Of a DNA stretch of 64,000 nt, positions 38,992 through 49,520 are shown one piece after another. The position numbers and the translations under genes are program-made. Every line of letters starts with the position of its first letter. Positions within the stretch are counted from its first letter, which is position 1. This DNA is from Rhodospirillaceae bacterium. Lineage in GTDB: Bacteria > Pseudomonadota > Alphaproteobacteria > SHVP01. The stretch lies in the NCBI GenBank assembly GCA_002722055.1, contig PBKD01000011.1, forward strand, positions 791 to 64,790, given 5' to 3'. The notes under the pieces are model-generated. The model was given only the letters and a program-made list of their open reading frames with translations. It made no database searches and was not told the DNA's origin.

Positions 38992-39507
38992 TTAAAGCGG
39001 ATTTGAGCCTCTACTAATTGCAACAATTCCAGTTCTGGAAACATCAACTAAACCCAAATCAGTCATTAATTCAATAAATGCATTAATTTTCTGAGCTGTA
39101 CCAGTTAGTTCAAAAACAAACGAATTTCTCGAACTATCAACAACTCTTGCACGAAAAATATCTGCTATTCTTAAACTCTCTACTCTATTTTCTCCTATAC
39201 CAACTACTTTTATCATAGCCAATTCACGCTCTACAGAAGATCCTTCTGTTGTTAAATCGCTTACACGGTGCACTGGAACTAGTCTAGATAGTTGAGCTTT
39301 GATTTGTTCGATCACCATTGGAGTACCTGAGGTTACGATTGTTACCCTTGAAAGAGATTTTGCTTTATCTGTCTCAGCAACAGTTAAACTTTCAATATTA
39401 TAACCTCTACCTGAAAAAAGACCGATAACGCGAGCTAGAACCCCAGACTCATTGTCCACTAGTATTGCAATTGTATGCCTTCTTGATCTTCTATCTAATT
39501 CACTCAT
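38992..39507 (-). CDS. ilvN: Acetolactate synthase small subunit
   Basis: LVDNESGVLARV.GLFSGRGYNIESL, ERELA.IKV. Confidence 0.97.
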   Translation of the reverse strand: MSELDRRSRRHTIAILVDNESGVLARVIGLFSGRGYNIESLTVAETDKAKSLSRVTIVTSGTPMVIEQIKAQLSRLVPVHRVSDLTTEGSSVERELAMIKVVGIGENRVESLRIADIFRARVVDSSRNSFVFELTGTAQKINAFIELMTDLGLVDVSRTGIVAISRGSNPL

Positions 39508-39532
39508 GAGTTTATCTTTTATAAAGTTACAA

Positions 39533-41296
39533 TTAAACTAAAGCTAACCCCTCTTTTGATAATTTTGGTAAATCTTTCTCTTTACCAAGCATCATTTCAT
39601 TATGAGCAGATCCTGACGGGATCATGGGGAAACAATTTTCATCCGGATCAACCACAACATCAAGAATTACTGGGCCATCATAATCTATCATTTTTTTAAT
39701 CGAACTCTCCAAATCATCTGGATCAATTACTCTGATACCAAAAGCATGAAATGACTCTGCAAGTTTTACAAAGTCAGGAAGAGCTTCAGTATAGCTCTCT
39801 GAATACCTACCGCCATGCAATAGTTCTTGCCATTGCCTAACCATTCCCATGTATCCATTATTAAGAATAAAAATTTTAACTGGTAGCCTATATTGAACAG
39901 CTGTAGAAATTTCTTGAATGTTCATTAAAATTGATGCTTCCCCAGCTATATCAACAACAAGCGATTTAGGATGGGCTAATTGAACACCTATTGCAGCAGG
40001 CAGACCATAACCCATTGTACCTAAGCCACCTGAAGTCATCCACCTATTAGGTTTTTCAAATTTATAAAACTGTGCAGCCCACATTTGATGCTGGCCTACT
40101 TCAGTTGTGATTCTAGCATCCATATCCTTGGTCAATTTATATAGAGTTTCTATTGCGTACTGCGGCTTAATTGTTTCATTTCCTTGAATATAACTTAGAC
40201 AATTAATTTTTCTCCAATCGTTAATCTGACTCCACCAATGTTTTGTTTTAGTTTTGTCAACGTTATATTTATTCTTCAAGATCGCTAACATAGGGTGTAA
40301 TACCTTTGCGATATCACCTATAATTGGAATATCCACAGAAACATTTTTGTTTATGGATGAAGGGTCTATATCAATATGTATTTTTTTTGAATTTGGACTA
40401 AAAGCATCTAGTCTTCCAGTAATTCTATCATCAAACCGTGACCCAATAGCTATAATTAAATCAGCCTGGTGCATAGCCATATTTGCCTCGTAAGTACCAT
40501 GCATTCCTAGCATTCCTAAGAACTGAGAGTCAGAACTTGGAAAAGCACCTAAACCCATTAAAGTACTTGTTATCGGAAAACCAGTATACTTCGCGAGGTC
40601 AATAAGAAGTTTTGACGCGTCTAATCCAGAATTGATTACTCCTCCCCCTGAATAGATAATTGGTTTTTCTGCCTCAGATATTAACTTAGAAGCTGAATTT
40701 ATTACCTCAACATCTCCCTCAGTTTTTGGGTTATAAGATGTATTTTTTAATGGGATCTTATCATTATATCCAACAGTTGTTAATTGTATGTCCTTTGGTA
40801 AGTCAATAACCACTGGGCCAGGCCTACCAGCACGAGCAACATAAAATGCCTCATGGATAATTGAGTGAAGATCATTGATATCTTTAACAAGATAATTATG
40901 TTTCGTGCAAGGTCTTGTAATCCCTGTTGTATCAGCTTCCTGAAATGCATCATTACCAATGAGGTGCGTGGCCACTTGCCCTGTAAAACAAACTAGTGGA
41001 ACACTATCCATTAATGCATCTGTTAAACCAGTAACTGCGTTGGTCGCTCCAGGGCCAGAGGTAACCAGGACAACACCAACTTTACCTGTTGATCTAGCAT
41101 AACCCTCTGCCGCATGAACTGCCCCCTGCTCGTGTCGAACTAAAATATGCCTAAGCTTTTCTTGACTAAAAATAACATCATAAATTGGCAAGACAGCACC
41201 ACCTGGGTAACCAAAAATAATATCAACGCCTAAATCATTAAGCGTTCTCACAACTAACTCTGCCCCAGTAAGCTCTTCTATTTTATCTTTATCCAT
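39533..41296 (-). CDS. ilvB: Acetolactate synthase large subunit (biosynthetic)
   Basis: FGYPGGA, RHEQGA, TSGPGATN, GQHQMWAAQ, SGGLGTMG, GEAS..MN..E, LGMVRQWQ-like GYMGMVRQWQ. Likely start is the ATG at 41296. Confidence 0.97.
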   Translation of the reverse strand: MDKDKIEELTGAELVVRTLNDLGVDIIFGYPGGAVLPIYDVIFSQEKLRHILVRHEQGAVHAAEGYARSTGKVGVVLVTSGPGATNAVTGLTDALMDSVPLVCFTGQVATHLIGNDAFQEADTTGITRPCTKHNYLVKDINDLHSIIHEAFYVARAGRPGPVVIDLPKDIQLTTVGYNDKIPLKNTSYNPKTEGDVEVINSASKLISEAEKPIIYSGGGVINSGLDASKLLIDLAKYTGFPITSTLMGLGAFPSSDSQFLGMLGMHGTYEANMAMHQADLIIAIGSRFDDRITGRLDAFSPNSKKIHIDIDPSSINKNVSVDIPIIGDIAKVLHPMLAILKNKYNVDKTKTKHWWSQINDWRKINCLSYIQGNETIKPQYAIETLYKLTKDMDARITTEVGQHQMWAAQFYKFEKPNRWMTSGGLGTMGYGLPAAIGVQLAHPKSLVVDIAGEASILMNIQEISTAVQYRLPVKIFILNNGYMGMVRQWQELLHGGRYSESYTEALPDFVKLAESFHAFGIRVIDPDDLESSIKKMIDYDGPVILDVVVDPDENCFPMIPSGSAHNEMMLGKEKDLPKLSKEGLALV

Positions 41297-41423
41297 TTTT
41301 ATAGTAACTTTCAATATTTTGGGAACATATTAAACTAAATCCGAGAAAAATAAAGTATGCAATTATACATAAAAAAAGTAATTAAATAATACAAATTATA
41401 TTTTCAAATTTCCAGCTCCAATA

Positions 41424-42350
41424 TTATCTATGAATAATATTAAATATTTTATTAAGATTTGAGTCTAATTCGCCATCTAAAACTATAAAATCCTTCATTT
41501 GATTGCGAAACCAGGTATATTGCCTTTTTGCTAAATGTCTAGTTGACATTTGTGATAGCTCTATTGCTTTATCTAACGAATAAAGATTGTTCAAATAACC
41601 AGTTAATTCCTTTATTCCAATTGCTTTTGTGCAGGGCAACTTAGGGTTTAAGTTTTTAGTTAAAAAACTCCTCACTTCCTCTATTGCTCCCATTTCTATC
41701 ATTTTAGTGAATCTGGAGTTAATTTTATTATATAATTTGTCCCTATTTGGTAGTATTGAAAAACCGTACCAAGTTGCGTCTAAAAATTTATTTTTCTTGT
41801 TATTATGCCAGTAGTTTACAGACTTACCTGTAGAAAAAAATACTTCCCAGGCACGAAGAACTCGCTGACTATCATTATGATTTAAAGAAGATACCAGAGA
41901 AGCATCTCTATCCAAAAGATCATTAAATAATTTTTGAGAACCGTACCTATCCATGATATTTCTTCCTGCTAGACGAATTTTTTCATCTATACCAGGTATA
42001 TCACTTAGCCCTTCAATTAAAGACTTAAAATATAAACCAGTACCACCGACCAAAATAGGTAAATAATTTTTTGACCATGCTAATTTTATAGATTTCTCAG
42101 CAAGATTTTTCCATATCCAGACTGAACATGATTTTTCAGGTGGAAAGAATTCATAAAGACTATGTTTACAGATATTTTTATCATTTTCTGAAGGCTGTGA
42201 TGATAATATATTAATATCTTTATATACTTGAATTGAATCTGTATTAATTATTTGAACTGGAGTAATATTTTTTAATTTTTTTGCAAGCTCAATAGCTAAA
42301 TGCGATTTTCCGCTAGCTGTTGGACCACCAATCATAATTACTTTATTCAT
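41424..42350 (-). CDS. miaA: tRNA dimethylallyltransferase
   Basis: GPTASGKS, DSIQVY, VGGTGLY, TRHLAKRQ.TW. Confidence 0.96.
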   Translation of the reverse strand: MNKVIMIGGPTASGKSHLAIELAKKLKNITPVQIINTDSIQVYKDINILSSQPSENDKNICKHSLYEFFPPEKSCSVWIWKNLAEKSIKLAWSKNYLPILVGGTGLYFKSLIEGLSDIPGIDEKIRLAGRNIMDRYGSQKLFNDLLDRDASLVSSLNHNDSQRVLRAWEVFFSTGKSVNYWHNNKKNKFLDATWYGFSILPNRDKLYNKINSRFTKMIEMGAIEEVRSFLTKNLNPKLPCTKAIGIKELTGYLNNLYSLDKAIELSQMSTRHLAKRQYTWFRNQMKDFIVLDGELDSNLNKIFNIIHR

Positions 42351-42403
42351 ATATATTTATTTCTGTATAAAACAATTATACTATTAAAAAAAAGAGTTCA
42401 AGA

Positions 42404-43300
42404 ATGCTAAACTATTTATGTCTAATTGTTAAACCAAATTCAAATTTATTAACTAATAATTTAATAAATTTATGTAAAAAATTTATAGTCAATTACGATA
42501 ATATAATTTTACAAGAGAACTGGCTTGAAAAAAATGAATGCTACGAAATACTTTTCAACACTAACGAATTAGAAAAGACAAAATTTCTCCTTAAATCAAA
42601 AATGCCAGAATTCATTGATTTAATATTTATTAAAAATAAAAATAGAACAAAAAAATTACTTATAGCTGATATGGATTCCACTATAATTAAAGAGGAAACA
42701 TTAGATGAGATTGCTAGAAGTATAGGAATTTATGATAAAATTTCTAATATTACAAACCTAGCCATGCAAGGAAAAATAGATTTTGCAGTCGCTTTAAAAG
42801 AAAGGGTTAAATACCTTAAAGGAATTAATTTATCTAAATTACGATATATTTTAGAAAATAATATTACTATAAATGACGGCGCAGAAACTCTTGTTAAAAC
42901 TATGAAAAAAAATGAATGTAAAGTAGCTCTAGTTTCAGGTGGTTTTTCTTTTTTTGCAAATGAAATAGGCAAAATGTTAGGTTTTGATTATGTTATATCA
43001 AATAGATTGCAAATAAATAATAATGTTTTAACTGGAAAACTTATAGACCCCATTATTGATGAAGAAAGTAAAAAAAATGCTCTAATTGAATTATCAAAAA
43101 AAAATAATATTGATTTAGAAAAAACAATAGCTGTTGGAGATGGGGCAAATGATTTATCTATGATTAAGAAGGCTGGATATGGCGTTGGTTTTAAAGCAAG
43201 GGACCGGGTGCAAAAAAGTGCGGATGCAAATATTAATAATGGAGACTTAACGTCATTATTATTTATTCAGGGTTATCAAAAAACAAATTTTAAAAACTAA
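42404..43300 (+). CDS. serB: Phosphoserine phosphatase
   Basis: HAD motif DMDSTII..ET.DE, SGGF, GDGANDL.M. Confidence 0.95.
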   Translation: MLNYLCLIVKPNSNLLTNNLINLCKKFIVNYDNIILQENWLEKNECYEILFNTNELEKTKFLLKSKMPEFIDLIFIKNKNRTKKLLIADMDSTIIKEETLDEIARSIGIYDKISNITNLAMQGKIDFAVALKERVKYLKGINLSKLRYILENNITINDGAETLVKTMKKNECKVALVSGGFSFFANEIGKMLGFDYVISNRLQINNNVLTGKLIDPIIDEESKKNALIELSKKNNIDLEKTIAVGDGANDLSMIKKAGYGVGFKARDRVQKSADANINNGDLTSLLFIQGYQKTNFKN

Positions 43301-43303
43301 TAG

Positions 43304-44788
43304 TTATTCTATTCTAACACCAACGAATCTTCTGTCACCTTTTCTATCTATCATAAGAAGAACTGTTTTCTTTCCATCTATTTTTAGAGATTTTAATATG
43401 TCTAAGAATTGGTTTGGGCTTGATAACGAAACTTGGTTAGCTTCGACGATTACATCTCCTACTCTAATACCTCTTTGAGCAGATGAGCTTTGGGCTTTTA
43501 TAGATTTCACAATAAGACCTGTAGCATTCTCATTAAGTTTCAGAGTTGTCCTATCTTTTTCATTAATTGTTGAAAGTGTCATACCAAGTATTTCCATAGA
43601 TTTAGTCCCAGTTTTTTTTGTAACTTTAGTATTTACAGTTTCTAACAACTCTCCAACTATAACGTTAAATTGTTTTTTAGCACCTTTCCTCCAAACGGTA
43701 ACTTTTACATTTTTACCAATATCAGTGTCAGCTACTATCCTAGGAAGCTGTCTCATTTCATTTACGTCCTTACCATCGAAATCTAATATTATATCTCCTG
43801 GAAGTAAGCCGGCTTTACTTGCTGGCCCATCTTTACTTATCCTAGAAATTAAAGCGCCTTTTGGTTCAGGCAAAGATAGGCTTTCAGCGATTTCTTCACT
43901 AACTGTTTGAATTTGCACTCCTAACCATCCCCTTTGTGTTTTACCAAATTTTATGATTTGATCTACGACCCTGTTAGCAAGATTTGAAGGAATAGCAAAC
44001 CCTATTCCAACTGAACCACCAGAAGGAGAAAATATTGCAGTGTTTATGCCTATAACTTGTCCGTCTAAATCAAACATTGGCCCCCCTGAATTTCCTCTAT
44101 TTATAGAAGCGTCTGTTTGTATGAAGTTGTCGTAAGGCCCTGAACCAATATTTCGGCCTCTAGCTGAAATTATTCCAGCAGTAACAGATCCCCCTAAACC
44201 AAATGGATTACCGATTGCAATAACCCAATCCCCTACTCTAGAAGTATCTGAATTTCCCCAATTAACGAAAGGAAATTTAACTTTGTTATTATTTTCTATT
44301 TGTAAAACGGCAATGTCAGTTTTTTTATCTCTTCCTATTAGTTTAGCATTAAATGATCTTTTATCGTCCAGTATAACTTTAATCTCATCTGCATCTGCGA
44401 TGACGTGATTGTTAGTAATTACTATGCCAGCTTCACTTATAATAAAACCTGATCCTAATGATTGTGTTCTCCTACGTGGCATTGGGTTACCATTTTCTTG
44501 TTGTTTTTCAAAGAAATCTTTGAAAAATTCTTCAAATGGTGACCCTGGAGGTGCTTTAGGCATGTCACCGAATGAATGGGGTGAGGATAGGTCATGAGTA
44601 GTAGAGACATTGACTACAGCGGGTTTAAGTTTTACCGCAAGATCTGCGAAGCTATCAGGCCTACCTGCTGAAAGTGAAGTTTCTGAAAGAAACAATAATG
44701 ATAAAAAAACAACTGTAAGTAAGTATAAATTTTTTTTATTATGAGAAATAAAAGAAATTATTTTGATATTAAATTCAGATTTCAACAA
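43304..44788 (-). CDS. degP: DegP/DegQ (Do-family) periplasmic serine protease
   Basis: GSGFII, TNNH, D, GNSGGP triad; two PDZ domains; N-terminal signal-like segment. Confidence 0.93.
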   Translation of the reverse strand: MLKSEFNIKIISFISHNKKNLYLLTVVFLSLLFLSETSLSAGRPDSFADLAVKLKPAVVNVSTTHDLSSPHSFGDMPKAPPGSPFEEFFKDFFEKQQENGNPMPRRRTQSLGSGFIISEAGIVITNNHVIADADEIKVILDDKRSFNAKLIGRDKKTDIAVLQIENNNKVKFPFVNWGNSDTSRVGDWVIAIGNPFGLGGSVTAGIISARGRNIGSGPYDNFIQTDASINRGNSGGPMFDLDGQVIGINTAIFSPSGGSVGIGFAIPSNLANRVVDQIIKFGKTQRGWLGVQIQTVSEEIAESLSLPEPKGALISRISKDGPASKAGLLPGDIILDFDGKDVNEMRQLPRIVADTDIGKNVKVTVWRKGAKKQFNVIVGELLETVNTKVTKKTGTKSMEILGMTLSTINEKDRTTLKLNENATGLIVKSIKAQSSSAQRGIRVGDVIVEANQVSLSSPNQFLDILKSLKIDGKKTVLLMIDRKGDRRFVGVRIE

Positions 44789-44861
44789 GCTTAACTCCCT
44801 CGGAGATTATTATCTTAGGAAAAGATATAGTATATAAATTTTTTAAAACAATAGCTGTAAT

Positions 44862-45047
44862 TCAAATTCTTGTTAGAGCAACTAAACATAACCCAACAAA
44901 TATTACAAAAATACCAAATTTTCTTAATTTTGATGAGCTTTGTGATATAGCAAAGAGCATTAGTTTTTTCATTTGTGCAGGGAAAACAGCGTAAAGGATA
45001 CCTTCTATAAATAAGGCTAGACCTAATGCAACTATAAGTTCATACAT
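44862..45047 (-). CDS. DUF2065-family small membrane protein
   Basis: ALGL...IEG.LYA.FP..MK...LR..G; usual position after hflC. Confidence 0.9.
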   Translation of the reverse strand: MYELIVALGLALFIEGILYAVFPAQMKKLMLFAISQSSSKLRKFGIFVIFVGLCLVALTRI

Positions 45048-45087
45048 TAAGTTTAAAAGACTATGCTAAGTGCAAAATTATGAAACA

Positions 45088-45966
45088 CTATTTTTTTAAT
45101 TTTCCGGCGGAGTCATTAAAAAATCTAAAAAAATCACTATTAGGTGATAATATCAAAGATGTTTCATTATCAATTAAAGCCTGTTTATAAGCTAACATTG
45201 ATCTATAAAAGTTAAAAAATTCCGGATCCTTACTAAATGCTTTAGCAAATATGGCGTTACGTTTTGCATCACCTTCTCCGCGAATAATCTGGGAGTCTCT
45301 ATTTGCTTCAGCAAGTAAAACAGCTTTTTCCCTATCAGCATTCGCTTTAATTCTGGTTGCTTGTTCTTCACCTTGGGCTCTAAATTCTCGAGCCTCTCTA
45401 TCTCTTTCTGCTTGCATACGTCTAAATATAGCCTCACTGTTTTCAGTAGGTAAATCAGCCCTTTTAATTCTTACATCTACCACCTTCAGACCTAATGGTT
45501 CTGCACCCTGATTAACCAGATTAGTTATCTCCTGCATTAGAGATGTTCTCTCTTCAGTAAGCACTGATTGCAATGGAACTCCACCAAGTACTTGCCGTAA
45601 ATTCGCATTAACTATGGCACCTAACCTTGATCTTGCTACTTGTTCACTTCCAACAGATTTATAGAACTCGAGAGGATCAACAATTTTGAATCTGGTATAC
45701 GTATCGACTACGAGTCTTTTTTGATCTGATGCAATAATTTCTTCTTGCCCACCATTATATGCAAGAATTCTTTTATCTAATCTAACAACATTTTGAACAA
45801 AGGGTAGTTTAAAATGAAGCCCTGGATCTGATACAACATCCCTAGGATCTCCAAATTGAAGAACGATAGCTTGTTTCGTTTGATGAACCGTAAAGATTGA
45901 ACTCCAAGCTATAACTACAAATATGATTAAAACTACTAAGAGGAATATATATGAAATTCTTTTCAT
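45088..45966 (-). CDS. hflC: FtsH modulator HflC
   Basis: PGLHFKLPF, SPFH domain, RM.AERDREA..FRA.G, DPEF..FYRS. Confidence 0.96.
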   Translation of the reverse strand: MKRISYIFLLVVLIIFVVIAWSSIFTVHQTKQAIVLQFGDPRDVVSDPGLHFKLPFVQNVVRLDKRILAYNGGQEEIIASDQKRLVVDTYTRFKIVDPLEFYKSVGSEQVARSRLGAIVNANLRQVLGGVPLQSVLTEERTSLMQEITNLVNQGAEPLGLKVVDVRIKRADLPTENSEAIFRRMQAERDREAREFRAQGEEQATRIKANADREKAVLLAEANRDSQIIRGEGDAKRNAIFAKAFSKDPEFFNFYRSMLAYKQALIDNETSLILSPNSDFFRFFNDSAGKLKK

Positions 45967-47063
45967 TAGTTTGCACCTCCGTCACTTGTTCTATTCTTTT
46001 TTAATTGATCAAGAGAAAGATACGGAACAACTCCAGAACCTTGATCTTTATCAATAATAATCTTTGACATTTTACTTAGAACTTCTTCCATGGTTTCTAA
46101 ATAAATTCTTCTTTTAGTAACCTCTTTAGCACTCGAATACTCTTGGTAAATTGCAAGAAACCTTGAGGCGTCACCAGTAGCATTCTGAACAACTTCTTCT
46201 TTGTATGCCTGGGCTTCTTGAATAAGCCTTTCTGCTTCCCCTCTTGCTCTTGGAATTATATCATTTTGATAAGCTTCGGCTTCATTCCTTTTTCTTTCTA
46301 AATCAGCTCTAGCTCTTTGGACGTCTCGGAATGAATCAATCACTGCACCAGGGGGATCAACTTTTTGAAGATTAACATTTGTAATTTGAATACCTGCTTT
46401 ATATGAATCTAAAATTACTTGAATAAGCTTTTGAGTTTCAGACTCAATATCTAACCTACCTTCTGCAAGTACACGTTGTATTGGTGTTCTTCCAATGACT
46501 TCTCTCATAGCTGTTTCAGCTGCAGCTTTAACAGTAGATTTTTGAGCTTGAATATTAAAAAGAAAATCACTCGCATTACTGATTATCCAAAAAACCTCAA
46601 AATCTATATCAACTATATTCTCATCTCCGGTTAGCATTAAACTTTCTTCCGGAACGTCTCTGGTAGATGCCTGTCTTGCAAACTCTCCGGCAGATCTAAA
46701 ACCAATTTCTTCACGATTTACCCTAGTTACTTTAGGTTTTAATACGGTTTCAATCGGTGATGGTAAATGATAGTGCAAACCTGGAGGAGTTGTTTTAACA
46801 GCTTCACCAAACCGTAATACCACCCCTTGCTCGTCTGGAAGAACTCTATAAAAACCGCTAAGAAACCAAATACCTACCAATATTAAGAATATCAAAAAGA
46901 TTGAACGAGGGCTCCTGGGTCCACCAGGAATGATACCTTTCAACCTATCCTGACCCTTTTTTATAATATCTTCTAAATCAGGAGGTTGTTGTGACCTACC
47001 TCCACCGTTTTGTCCTGGTTTTGGACCCCAAGGGCCACCACCACCTTGATTACTCCAGGGCAT
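45966..47063 (-). CDS. hflK: FtsH modulator HflK
   Basis: MPWSNQGG..PWG, PPDLED, MLTGDENIVD, V..AF-like VIDSFRDVQRA, RIYLETME. Confidence 0.96.
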   Translation of the reverse strand: MPWSNQGGGGPWGPKPGQNGGGRSQQPPDLEDIIKKGQDRLKGIIPGGPRSPRSIFLIFLILVGIWFLSGFYRVLPDEQGVVLRFGEAVKTTPPGLHYHLPSPIETVLKPKVTRVNREEIGFRSAGEFARQASTRDVPEESLMLTGDENIVDIDFEVFWIISNASDFLFNIQAQKSTVKAAAETAMREVIGRTPIQRVLAEGRLDIESETQKLIQVILDSYKAGIQITNVNLQKVDPPGAVIDSFRDVQRARADLERKRNEAEAYQNDIIPRARGEAERLIQEAQAYKEEVVQNATGDASRFLAIYQEYSSAKEVTKRRIYLETMEEVLSKMSKIIIDKDQGSGVVPYLSLDQLKKNRTSDGGAN

Positions 47064-47274
47064 TTAGCTTCCTTCTCTAAAAAGATGTAAATAATGACAA
47101 ATAATTGCTACTCTATTAAGTTATTACTTTTAAACTTTAAGTCAAGATAAGCAATCTAACTAAACCAATAAATTAAAAAAAATTTAGTATTATGTGGACT
47201 ATAAGGGCTTGATTTATGAGATTTATCTATTTTTATTTAGTTTATATCAATACTTAGAAAAGAAAATAAATATT

Positions 47275-48099
47275 ATGGAAAATAAGAATATAAACCCAGT
47301 AAGTGGGGTAAAACAAATTATTGCAATAGCTTCGGGAAAGGGTGGGGTTGGAAAATCTACAACTTCTGTAAATATTGCATTTGCCTTAAATAATCTTGGC
47401 AAAAAAGTAGGCTTGCTAGACGCGGATGTTTATGGCCCTAGCATTCCAAAAATGGTTGGACTGAGTGGAAAACCAGATACCTCAAAAGACGGTAAAAAAA
47501 TAATTCCAAAAGAAAAATTTGGCATCCAAACTATGTCTATAGGTTTTTTGATAGATGAGGATACTCCGATGATTTGGAGAGGTCCGATGGTTATGAGCGC
47601 TGTTAAACAATTATTATATGAGGTAGAATGGAAAGAAATAGATATTTTAGTATTAGACCTCCCCCCTGGGACTGGCGACACACAATTAACACTAGCTCAA
47701 CAAGTCCCAATATCAGGATCAGTAATTGTATCTACACCTCAAGATATAGCTCTATTAGATGTAAAAAAAGGAATAAATATGTTTCATAAAGTTGATATTC
47801 CAGTTTATGGGATCATAGAAAATATGAGCTATTTTATTTGTCCTAATTGCTCTGAAAAAAGTGAAATATTTGCAAATGGTGGTGCAAAAGCTACTGCTGA
47901 GGAATATAATATCGATTTTTTAGGAGAAATACCTATTAACTCAAAAATCAGAGAATATGCTGATAAGGGTGAGATCCTGGTTAATAAAAATGAAAAAAAT
48001 GAATTCAAAAATTTATACACTGATATCGCTAGAAAATTAATTTTAAAATTAGAGGAGAATATTTCAATAAAAAGCCCAGAAATAAAATTCGTCGATTAG
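47275..48099 (+). CDS. mrp: Mrp/ApbC/NBP35 Fe-S cluster carrier ATPase
   Basis: SGKGGVGKST, DADVYGPS, WRGPM, DLPPGTGD, ENMSYF.CP.C. Likely ATG at 47275; the ORF track opens at 47194. Confidence 0.93.
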   Translation: MENKNINPVSGVKQIIAIASGKGGVGKSTTSVNIAFALNNLGKKVGLLDADVYGPSIPKMVGLSGKPDTSKDGKKIIPKEKFGIQTMSIGFLIDEDTPMIWRGPMVMSAVKQLLYEVEWKEIDILVLDLPPGTGDTQLTLAQQVPISGSVIVSTPQDIALLDVKKGINMFHKVDIPVYGIIENMSYFICPNCSEKSEIFANGGAKATAEEYNIDFLGEIPINSKIREYADKGEILVNKNEKNEFKNLYTDIARKLILKLEENISIKSPEIKFVD

Positions 48100-48100
48100 A

Positions 48101-49033
48101 CTATTTATCATAGTCGGTCAAACTACATAAGTCCTCCCATTCTCTTCCAGATAAACCAGAGTTTTCCTTGGTAACTTTGAGGCCCTTAACCATTTTCTTC
48201 AATACATTTAAAGACTTAGAATCCAAGTAAGCACCATTGAGCCTATAACTATCAAAAGCTTCAAAAGTTAATGGAACCCATTGTTTAACAGTTTCAAGCA
48301 TTGCATCTGCATATGCCCTTATCTCATATTGTGCATGACTATCGGCTCTCAAGCTCAAAAAGTGGAGAAGATTATGTAAATCAATCTTCCAATACCATTG
48401 TGTATAATAATTTAGAGATAAGTTCATCCGGGCAAGTTCTCTTGACAAACCATTTTCTTCATCATTTTTTTTAGAAAACCCAACGAGAAGTTTTTCATAA
48501 TCATCATATACTTTTTCAGAGTCTTCTATTAAAAGGTCCAAAACTTTCCTGGCATTATCCCCTTCTAATACCGCACCTCTGCCTTGTTTATTTGAATTGC
48601 TTTGAGAAGCTAAATTCTTAGCATCAGGAATGTAATACTCTTTATCAAGTACTGAATATCTTGCGGAATATTCATTCACGCTTGCTGTCCTATGCCTTAT
48701 CCACTGTCTTGCAACAAAAATTGGCAGTTTAACATGGTATTTAATTTCACACATTTCAAAAGGTGTGGAGTGTCTATGTCTCATTAGATAGTTAATTAAA
48801 CCCCTATCAGCTGATACGTGCTTAGTGCCTTTACCATAAGAAACTCTCGCTGCTTGAACAATGGAAGTATCGTCTCCCATATAATCAATTACTCTAATAA
48901 ACCCATGATCTAAAACTGGAATAGATTCATATAAAATATTCTCTAAGCCATTAGAAACAACTCTCTTTGTCTCTTTAGTTTCTGCTCTTTGAACTTTTAT
49001 TTCTTCAATTTGCTCTTTAGTTAAACCCGACAA
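48101..49033 (-). CDS. thyX: FAD-dependent thymidylate synthase
   Basis: ThyX motif [35 protein letters not shown]. Confidence 0.97.
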   Translation of the reverse strand: MSGLTKEQIEEIKVQRAETKETKRVVSNGLENILYESIPVLDHGFIRVIDYMGDDTSIVQAARVSYGKGTKHVSADRGLINYLMRHRHSTPFEMCEIKYHVKLPIFVARQWIRHRTASVNEYSARYSVLDKEYYIPDAKNLASQSNSNKQGRGAVLEGDNARKVLDLLIEDSEKVYDDYEKLLVGFSKKNDEENGLSRELARMNLSLNYYTQWYWKIDLHNLLHFLSLRADSHAQYEIRAYADAMLETVKQWVPLTFEAFDSYRLNGAYLDSKSLNVLKKMVKGLKVTKENSGLSGREWEDLCSLTDYDK

Positions 49034-49207
49034 CTTAGCTACCTACTTTAATACTTGATTAATATTTATTAAACTTGATGTTATATGCATTAACAAGATT
49101 TTAAAACAAAATAAATATTATTGATAATTGAATATTAATATATCTCAGAAAAATATCATTAATACAATTAAAACGAATAAAGTTCCAATTATAATAATAA
49201 ATGGGGA

Positions 49208-49236
49208 TTGGAATAATTCAAACTTCGTTCTATAAT
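49208..49236 (+). promoter_or_regulatory. Sigma70-type promoter for ssrA
   Basis: TTGGAA (49208-49213), 17-nt spacer, perfect TATAAT (49231-49236) just upstream of the tmRNA acceptor piece. Confidence 0.6.
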
Positions 49237-49242
49237 CCTAAT

Positions 49243-49500
49243 GCTTTTTTAAGCTATGATGATAAACGTTAATCAAAATAAGCGTAGCGGACCCGGGGGC
49301 AGTACCCGGCGCCTCCACCAAATAATAACTTTTATGGGGGCGAATCAGGCTCGACGCGCGTAGTAAAAGTTTAATTTTCATTCGGCATGGTACCCACCGT
49401 TATCGGACCAAATTTTAGGTGCCAACGATAATAGAATGGCCCTCGCTGCTTAATATTTAAGCAAGCGCGGTTTGGGAGACACCGGGCAACAGAAGTCTCC
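49243..49500 (+). ncRNA. ssrA: Circularly permuted two-piece tmRNA
   Basis: The T-arm and acceptor 3' end GGACCCGGGGGCAGTACCCGGCGCCTCCACCA (ends 49320) precede a short AT-rich spacer and the 5' half GGGGGCGAA (49336). The acceptor stem GGGGGCG/CGCCTCC has the G3:U70 pair. Tag ORF 49421-49453 encodes ANDNRMALAA*. Ends are approximate. Confidence 0.95.
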
Positions 49501-49520
49501 TATATTTATTTGTCTGGGAA

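Noticed and set aside
49090-49104. TTAA-N7-TTAA (CtrA-box-like) site upstream of thyX
   Set aside because: The pattern matches exactly, but in DNA this AT-rich such 8-base A/T motifs arise often by chance; conservation data would be needed.
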